Source: Thraustochytrium aureum (Eukaryota). From it: 51,046 nt of DNA. The stretch's first letter is position 1, and each line of letters begins with the position of its first letter. Positions 43,520 to 51,046 of the stretch are shown here, piece after piece. The DNA lies in contig BLSG01000104.1 in assembly GCA_012862495.1 (NCBI GenBank), positions 1-51,046 of the forward strand, written 5' to 3'. The position numbers were made by a program, and so were the translations under genes. Under the pieces are notes generated by a model that had not been told where the DNA came from, did not search any database, and was given only the letters and a program-made list of their open reading frames with translations.

Positions 43520-43858
43520 CGTCACGTAGACCACGAAACACGTCACCAGATGCGACGGCACCGGCCGCGATGACGACACCCGGGGTCTACAGGCCGCTGC
43601 ATCGCGTCACATCACCTCACGATGTGACGCGCGTCGCGTTCGCTCAGCAGCCACGTCCGCTCGTCTCGTCACTGTGAGGTCCCTGTGACTGGCCCGTCGT
43701 CGGCGTCCTTCCGTCATTCCCCTCGTCATCAAGGGGCTCCTGTGACGAGAGCGAGTCGCCAGCTGGGTCGACACGCCCTCTCGTCACAGGCATTCCCCCC
43801 GTGACGAGCGGGCGCCCCGGCTGCGTCGAGGCTCGGCAGATGCTCGATCGAGTTGACG
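43520..43858. promoter_or_regulatory. Cluster of 12 TGACG/CGTCA motifs including a 13-bp inverted repeat
   Basis: Motifs at 43520, 43541, 43571, 43605, 43625, 43667, 43712, 43724, 43743, 43782, 43802, 43854; CCTGTGACGAGAG (43739-43751) / CTCTCGTCACAGG (43778-43790). Confidence 0.6.
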
Positions 43859-44673
43859 GCGTTGGACGCGCGGCGGCGGTGGCAGCGCGAGCCTGACATC
43901 GTTCCAAATCAAAAGATCCTTCGATTGATTGCGATAGGGAGTGAGTATCTGAGCATCCGCCGCGCTAAGGCCTTGCCAAATCGCTGGCTGCGGGGCCCGT
44001 CAACGCCGCCAACTCGAGTTGGACTCCACGCCTCAACGCTATCTATCCTCGCGAGGCGGTGGCGGTCATGAGCGGCCTCGGCACATGCTGATATGCCGCG
44101 CGGGATGGACGGCAATGGCGGTGCGCTCGTGCGTGCGGAATTGGTTTGTCGGCGTGAAGACGACGCGGAGCGGCATATGGACGACGGCGACGCGCGTCTG
44201 GACGGCGAGTCGGNNNNNNNNNNNNNNNNNNNNNNNNNNNNNNNNNNNNNNNNNNNNNNNNNNNNNNNNNNNNNNNNNNNNNNNNNNNNNNNNNNNNNNN
44301 NNNNNNNNNNNNNNNNNNNNNNNNNNNNNNNNNNNNNNNNNNNNNNNNNNNNNNNNNNNNNNNNNNNNNNNNNNNNNNNNNNNNNNNNNNNNNNNNNNNN
44401 NNNNNNNNNNNNNNNNNNNNNNNNNNNNNNNNNNNNNNNNNNNNNNNNNNNNNNNNNNNNNNNNNNNNNNNNNNNNNNNNNNNNNNNNNNNNNNNNNNNN
44501 NNNNNNNNNNNNNNNNNNNNNNNNNNNNNNNNNNNNNNNNNNNNNNNNNNNNNNNNNNNNNNNNNNNNNNNNNNNNNNNNNNNNNNNNNNNNNNTCCTCC
44601 AAGCGCCTTGTGTAGCTCCGTGCTCTCGCAAAAACCCCGCGGTGCTGACGGCGCCTGCACCAGGAGCACGTCC

Positions 44674-45770
44674 TTAGCCCTTTGGGGTGGGGGGTTTTGC
44701 ACTTGGCTGTCGACGAAAAGACGTGGCAGGCTGCTGCTGAGGTACGACTTGCCTGACAGCTGCCGATGCGGCAAAGAATACTCCAATGCCTGCAAACCAA
44801 ATGCGGATCGGCATGGCGAACGAGTAGAGCTCAAAGACAAGCGGCATAGAGGCAGCCAAGATGTCCATCAGCGCGAAAGACCCGAAAAGGCTCGCATTTT
44901 GAATCGCGGTTCGCTCGAGCGCACGTTGGGTACGTCTGATGCGCTGCACGAACGCAGCTTCTCTGTCTTGCAGGATTTCCGGCATGAGCTCCGTCTGTTT
45001 TTCAAACTGCGCGCGACGGGAATGAACACGAGGACGATCACCGCACACAAGAAAATTGAGAGCGGGGCGTTGAGCCAAAAGAAGGTGCGCATGATGAACC
45101 GCCACGATGCTGGGTTTTCAACGAGGCTTGCAGCGGCGGGCATGTTGTAGATAGGGAGTCCGAGCAGGGCAAATAGTGTGCTGGACCGTTCCAGTGCGAT
45201 ACTCTTGAGTTTTCGGCACGTCTGGCGTTGCGGCCTTTCCTTGGCTGCGTCTATCAGCTCTGTGCTTTGCTGCCGTCGAAGAAATTGGAGGAGCTGCTGC
45301 TGCCGCTTTGTTTGTCCGTACATGATGAAGAAACATGCATTCCCAAGCGTGAAGGAAATAAAAAAATCCTGCGAAAACATGTTGCTCTCCGCGTTTACCA
45401 CGCGCGCGATGGAGGCCGCGAGAAGGATCAAAATGGCAAGCGACGAGGTATTCCGCGCGCTCAGGAGTCCCAGCGCTTTCCGACTCGTTGACCTGTGGGC
45501 CTGGGCGCGCCGTTTTTTGATCACCGTCAGTCGAATCAGCTGAACAAAGGCCGTCGACAAGGCGAACACGGCGAGGGCGTACTGACCCAGGACCATGCCG
45601 CGGTGGAAAGTGCAGGGCGAGTCCGGTGCGTGGTCCATGTAGGGCATCTCGCGTGTTTGCGCCCATCCGCTTGCGCACTGGCAGGACCCTGTTCCGGTCG
45701 CAGCGTGGACGATGCACTCGCCCATGACGCAAGAGCCTTGTGCAGGCCAGAGGCCGCGACACGACGACAT
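44674..45770 (-). CDS. EGF-like + 7TM orphan receptor-like protein; frameshift near 45000
   Basis: N-terminal C..GEC....CQCASGW...C; five TMs in ORF 44868..45803, two more in frame 44674..45105; shift lies at a homopolymer run. Confidence 0.7.
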
Positions 45771-47096
45771 GCTGCGCGAGGGTTTGCGACGCAAATCCGG
45801 CACTGCAGGTTGACCTGTCAGGCCGAGTGCTTGCTCCGACCTGGGTGAGCGACTTTACTCCGAGTGTGGTGCCCCTTTGTGGTTGATATGAGTAAGGTGC
45901 CTTCTTTCGTCGGTCTGAACGGACACGCGACGGGAATCTGTTAGGATTGCAGGAGTCGTCCGTTCGCCTGGCCCCGAGACCAAGGAAGCTCTCTCTCGAG
46001 TTTAAAAACTGGCTTGCAGAATTGCTCTCGTTGCCTGGAGGCGGAGGAGAGCGTCAGAGCCTCGCGCCAAACGCACCGCGCCAAATTGAGCCGTTGAGAG
46101 CAGTTTGTGGACCGCAAGGCCCAAGAGCCGCAGGGAAGCCGTTGCTCTGCCCGTAGTAGGCCGCATCTCCGCACGGTACTCCTAGGAGCTAGAGTGCTAA
46201 GGTCGTGCGCCAAGTGGCCTGCACTCGTTGATGGTCCATGGTGCTGGTGGGTTAACTACTTACGAGAAAGTCTCGAGCTAGGAGTTCAGCTGCCTCCTTC
46301 GGCAGCCAATGACGGGACATCTCTGCTCGCGACGGAGGCCGCGTGCTGAAGAGCCCCCAGACCAGCCCCATAAGAANNNNNNNNNNNNNNNNNNNNNNNN
46401 NNNNNNNNNNNNNNNNNNNNNNNNNNNNNNNNNNNNNNNNNNNNNNNNNNNNNNNNNNNNNNNNNNNNNNNNNNNNNNNNNNNNNNNNNNNNNNNNNNNN
46501 NNNNNNNNNNNNNNNNNNNNNNNNNNNNNNNNNNNNNNNNNNNNNNNNNNNNNNNNNNNNNNNNNNNNNNNNNNNNNNNNNNNNNNNNNNNNNNNNNNNN
46601 NNNNNNNNNNNNNNNNNNNNNNNNNNNNNNNNNNNNNNNNNNNNNNNNNNNNNNNNNNNNNNNNNNNNNNNNNNNNNNNNNNNNNNNNNNNNNNNNNNNN
46701 NNNNNNNNNNNNNNNNNNNNNNNNNNNNNNNNNNNNNNNNNNNNNNNNNNNNNNNNNNNNNNNNNNNNNNNNNNNNNNNNNNNNNNNNNNNNNNNNNNNN
46801 NNNNNNNNNNNNNNNNNNNNNNNNNNNNNNNNNNNNNNNNNNNNNNNNNNNNNNNNNNNNNNNNNNNNNNNNNNNNNNNNNNNNNNNNNNNNNNNNNNNN
46901 NNNNNNNNNNNNNNNNNNNNNNNNNNNNNNNNNNNNNNNNNNNNNNNNNNNNNNNNNNNNNNNNNNNNNNNNNNNNNNNNNNNNNNNNNNNNNNNNNNNN
47001 NNNNNNNNNNNNNNNNNNNNNNNNNNNNNNNNNNNNNNNNNNNNNNNNNNNNNNNNNNNNNNNNNNNNNNNNNNNNNNNNNNNNNNNNNNNNNNNN

Positions 47097-48420
47097 AGAC
47101 CATTGGGGACCTCGGACTTGGGTTCGAGTCAGGGACGCGGGAGCCGATCCCCGAGCCGTCGCCACTGTCAATTGGGCCCCACTGCCCGGCTTCGCAGGTA
47201 GCCAGTCCCGGTGGAAGGCGTTGGCCTGAAATGTTCAATGTTGGGAGAGAAGGCCGTTTCTTCATCTCGAGAAGAGCACTTGAAGAGCGCGATCGCAAGG
47301 CGTGCAGAGTATCTCTGCGCTTCGGCCTTACCGTTTTGCCAGAGCCAGCGAGAGGCAGCGCGACTGGCAATACCCTGGTCGAATCCGCATTAGAAAAGAT
47401 CTTGCCTGCCGAAAAGCTTTTTCGCATCGCCTGCTGAAGAATTGGGCGCACGCGCTGCGAGGTGTTGAGGAGGAACTCGCCAACGTTGAAGCGCGCGTTG
47501 TTGCGAGCCAAAAGCGTAAAGGCGACCACAAAGCCCGCCTCAAAGATCCGTGTGAGCCAGAATACGACAAAGTGGTAGGGCGCCACCCCCGTCCGCATGT
47601 ATGTGAAGAAGACGATAACGGATGCAGGGGCCAATACTGCCATAGCGAGAAAGTAGCAGTACCGGAAGATCCGGAGACGGCCCAAAAAGTTCTTTTGCCG
47701 CGCAAGGTTGAACGCGCCGTCTATGGCGCTCTCTGCCAGTCTCGCCATGCTATACTGCAGGGCAGAGGATATTTGAAGGTACGCCGCTCCATAAAACATC
47801 ACGTCAAGCGCCGATCCAACGTATGCGTATATCACCGTCTCGTTGTAGCCCGCAGCCGTGCTCTGCAAGTTGGCGATGATGTAGAGAACCCCTTTCCCAA
47901 AGAAGCCGGACAAGCCGCCGGCCAGAGAAACAGTCCTCACCAGCCCCGCACGATTGTCAAATAGGACAAGCTCGCCGCGGCTCTTCAGCGAAAGGAGGAG
48001 CCGCAGCGGCTCGAGGATCGAGTTTAGCACGAGTTGGGCCAACACGAGCGAGGAAAGCAGCAGCTCCACAGTCTTGCAAAGTGCTGCGCCAAGGTGCATC
48101 CCCCCTCCGATACGGTGTAGCGCAAGGAATGCAACTCCCGCGATGGCGCACAGGGCTGCGGTCCAGAACGCCCTGCGTTGCTTGATCGTCTTCGCCTTTT
48201 GCAGTCCGCTTACAGACAGCAGGAAAGCAAGGGTGTACAATAGGAACGCAATCACTTGCATGACTGCAGGAAACCACGTTGGCACGATGCAGTGCTCTGT
48301 GAAGCGCAAGTCGGCGTTGTCATGCTCGTACCCAAGCTGGCACTCGCAAACCTTCGCTGTCGAGATTGGGTCTGCATTGCTGCTCGCGTTGACGCACAGG
48401 CCTTGCGGCAGCACGCAGAG
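47097..48420 (-). CDS. EGF-like + 7TM orphan receptor-like protein; start not found, 3' end in gap
   Basis: CVLPQGLC...CECQLGY...HC followed by seven hydrophobic helices and a Ser/Arg-rich tail. Confidence 0.72.
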
Positions 48421-48443
48421 ATGTTCTTCTCCCCCACCACGCC

Positions 48444-49859
48444 GTGCAAGACTTTGGCGCGCTTGGCTTCTCCGATACGGTCATCGACACGCTCGAGACC
48501 GTCAAGGTGATCTCGCAGCTTGGCGAGGGGTCGCTCGGCGCCTACGTGATTTCGCAGGCCAAGGCCGCCAGCGACGTTCTCGCGGTGGCTCTCCTTCAGC
48601 AAGAGTTTGGCATGACCAAGACGCCCAGCGCGGCGGGCGAGGGCGGCAACAAGAACATGGGTGCTGGCTCGACGCGCCAGATGATGCGCGTCGTGCCGCT
48701 CTTCGAGACGCTCGACGACCTCAACAACGCCCCGGGCATCATGGAGCGCCTGCTTCGCCTTCCCGCTTACATGGGCCGCATCGGCGGCCGCGTCGAGATC
48801 ATGGTGGGCTACAGCGACTCGGCCAAAGACGCAGGCCGCTTGGCGGCCTGCTGGGCCCAGTACCGGTGCCAAGAAGAGCTCGCCAAGGTCGCCAAGGCGG
48901 TGGGCGGGATCGAGCTCACCTTCTTCCACGGCAAGGGCGGCACCGTGGGCCGCGGCGGCTCGCCAGCAGTGTACCGCGCGGTCCTCTCGCACCCTCCCAA
49001 CACGATAGACGGCCGATTTCGCGTCACCGAGCAAGGCGAGATGATCACGCAAAACTTTGGCCACCAGCGCATTGCGGAGCGCACGCTCGACGTGTACACG
49101 GCGGCCGTGTTGCGCGAAAAGCACCACACGCCCGTGCTCCCCAAGCCCGAGTGGCGGGCGGTCATGGACCAGATCGCCAAGGTCTCGTGTGATCGGTACA
49201 GGTACATTGTGCGCGAAGACCCCAGGTTTGTGCCCTACTTTCGCGCTGTGACCCCCGAGACGCAGCTTTCGTCGCTCAACGTCGGCTCGCGGCCGGCCAA
49301 GCGCAACCCGACTGGCGGCGTCGAGTCCCTTCGCGCCATTCCCTACATCTTCGCCTGGTCGCAGATCCGGCTTCATCTGCCGGCCTGGCTCGGGGTCACT
49401 CAGGGGCTGAGCCTGGAGGGCTCGCAGGACACGCTTCACGAGATGTACTCTGACTGGCCCTGGTTCCGTGAGCTCTTGGACCTGATCGCCATGATCCTCG
49501 CCAAGGCCGACCCGGTGATTGTGCAAAACTACGAGCGCCAGCTCATCCCGACCTCGGATGCTTCGGTGCAGGCCCAGCTCTTTGAGCTTGGCGAGACCGT
49601 CCGTGCCGAGCTCGCTGAGACGCAGGCGGCCGTGCTGCGCGTGTCGGGCCAGGACGACCTGAACATGAGCAACTACGTGCTGAAGCGCGAGCTTGAGGTT
49701 CGCTCCCCGTACATCGACGCGCTCAACGTTGTTCAGGCGGAGGTCATGCGGCGACTCCAAGCCGGCGACTACTCCTCCGAGGAGGAGAAGCAGACGCTCA
49801 AGGACTGCCTGCTCGTCACCATCAACGGGATTGCCGCTGGCCTCCGCAACTCGGGCTAA
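48444..49859 (+). CDS. ppc: Phosphoenolpyruvate carboxylase, C-terminal half only (5'-truncated)
   Basis: GAYVISQA, VVPLFETLDDL, MVGYSDSAKDAG, FHGKGGTVGRGG, FRVTEQGE, NVGSRPAKR, SLRAIP, C-terminal GIAAGLRNSG. Confidence 0.93.
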   Translation: MQDFGALGFSDTVIDTLETVKVISQLGEGSLGAYVISQAKAASDVLAVALLQQEFGMTKTPSAAGEGGNKNMGAGSTRQMMRVVPLFETLDDLNNAPGIMERLLRLPAYMGRIGGRVEIMVGYSDSAKDAGRLAACWAQYRCQEELAKVAKAVGGIELTFFHGKGGTVGRGGSPAVYRAVLSHPPNTIDGRFRVTEQGEMITQNFGHQRIAERTLDVYTAAVLREKHHTPVLPKPEWRAVMDQIAKVSCDRYRYIVREDPRFVPYFRAVTPETQLSSLNVGSRPAKRNPTGGVESLRAIPYIFAWSQIRLHLPAWLGVTQGLSLEGSQDTLHEMYSDWPWFRELLDLIAMILAKADPVIVQNYERQLIPTSDASVQAQLFELGETVRAELAETQAAVLRVSGQDDLNMSNYVLKRELEVRSPYIDALNVVQAEVMRRLQAGDYSSEEEKQTLKDCLLVTINGIAAGLRNSG

Positions 49860-49969
49860 GCAGACCCAAACAACTCTCCCCAGCGCTAGCTACCTACAGC
49901 CAATCCAACCCAACTAAAACTCAACGAGGACATCGACGCCGCCCTCGTCGTCGACCACTGCAGCAGCCT

Positions 49970-50110
49970 CCACGTCCGAAGACGCCACGTCCGTAGCGCC
50001 GCGTCCGAAGACGCCACGTCCGAAGTCCCCGTGTCCGAAGCGCCACGTCCAAAGCGCCACGTCCGAAGTCCCCGCGTCCGAAGCGCCACGTCCGAAGACC
50101 CCTTGCCGAA
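49970..50110. repeat. Non-coding 14-15 bp minisatellite, ~10 units
   Basis: CGCCACGTCCGAAG(A/T) units with variants. Confidence 0.9.
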
Positions 50111-51046
50111 AGCCAGACTAACCAGTAGGTAAGTACCCATGACGTCCCGGGTCAATGATGCTCTCCTACCTACCTTCCGCTCGTGCATGGGTGCGCTCTT
50201 GCTCGTCTGGCCCCTTGCGGTGCATCCTATGAATGATTTCTTGATCAAGAAAGCAAGATGTTGATGTAGTTGCTCGAAAAGAAGAGCGAATGATGACCGA
50301 CTCTGCGCACACCGCCCGCTTGCAGCGGACACCGTGCGCCGGACTGGCGAGGCAGTGGCGGGCTGGCGGGCTGGCTGGCTGGCTGGCGAGACAGCTGCTC
50401 GCTGCTGGCTGGCGAGACAGCCGCTGGCGAGACAGAGGCAGCGTTGGCAAGGCTCGTCGTCGAGTCAGACCGCCTCGTTATCGCGCTGCGCTACGTCCGA
50501 GCGCCGCAAGCTCGCTGCGGCTGGTCCGGTGGGCTGGGACGGCCGTGGTTGTGACGCCAAAAGGCTGCTGCGCACATGGCAGGATGGAGGCCGCACAGAA
50601 GTGGCCGGCACAAGGTGCGGGCTGCACTGAGGCAGACCGCGGCCAAGGCGAGGCGGACTGCGCAGAAGGCCGTGCCCAAACGGTTTCGGAGCCGCGCTCA
50701 CTCCGAAAGCGAGCCAGTCAGCGAGGTCGCGGAAGCGGCCGCCGAGGCCCGAGTCTCGCTTGGCCGGACCTCAAAGCCAGGCAAAAACGGCGAGGTTGAG
50801 CGGCCAGGCTCCGCACTCGCGAGCGCGATGGCCGCCCTGAGATCGCTGGCCGCAATGGTGCTTTCGGCAGAGTCCGGGCAGCCCACACATCACACGAGCG
50901 CACCTCCCGCTGATCTTCTCGCATCAGCGCCGCAGCTTGTCCCTGCTGGGGCTACCACCAAGTTTGATCCCGAGCTGAGCGCGCCAGGGTGCTGCTGGCG
51001 CCAATGCCCCGCCAGTGGATTCCGCGTGCGCAAGGGTCCGGCTACG

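Noticed and set aside
44019..44677. Possible small plus-strand gene divergent from the selenoprotein
   Set aside because: Mostly hidden in the gap; the frame cannot be determined.
9960..45770. About a dozen frameshifts read as programmed frameshifting, RNA editing or mass pseudogenisation
   Set aside because: They hit highly conserved genes (UBL5, SRP40, kinesin motor) without accumulated stops. Most are fixed by one base in a GG or longer run (e.g. 20813, 31490, 34060, 38290), which is typical of homopolymer sequencing error.
49970..50110. CRISPR-like array
   Set aside because: The units are directly adjacent without unique spacers, the context is eukaryotic and there are no cas genes.

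Overview
This is GC-rich, gene-dense, intron-poor eukaryotic nuclear DNA from a draft scaffold with many N gaps. Introns follow GTAAGT...GCTGAC...CAG. Gene content suggests a stramenopile protist, possibly a labyrinthulomycete/thraustochytrid (inference). About 23 protein genes are visible. Housekeeping and trafficking genes include SRP40/Nopp140, TOM1-like VHS-GAT, M6PR/ATG27, RagA/Gtr1, UBL5 and AP-3 mu. Enzymes include an O-fucosyltransferase, an HSL-family hydrolase, a PI-PLC-like enzyme and the C-terminal half of PEP carboxylase. Large or surface proteins include an LRR protein, a PAN-vWA-L-lectin membrane adhesin, a 10xWW/4xIQ/ankyrin scaffold, a giant kinesin-ankyrin protein and three orphan 7TM proteins. 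Many genes carry single-base frameshifts that look like sequencing indel errors. The main highlight is a small selenoprotein missed by the ORF track (43248-42979, minus). It has an in-frame UGA in a VEYCxxU motif, a candidate SECIS ~180 nt downstream and a dense TGACG-motif cluster upstream. The second highlight is a GNAT acetyltransferase fused to a myo-inositol-oxygenase-like domain that has lost most of its iron ligands. No rRNA, tRNA, CRISPR array or mobile element was recognised.
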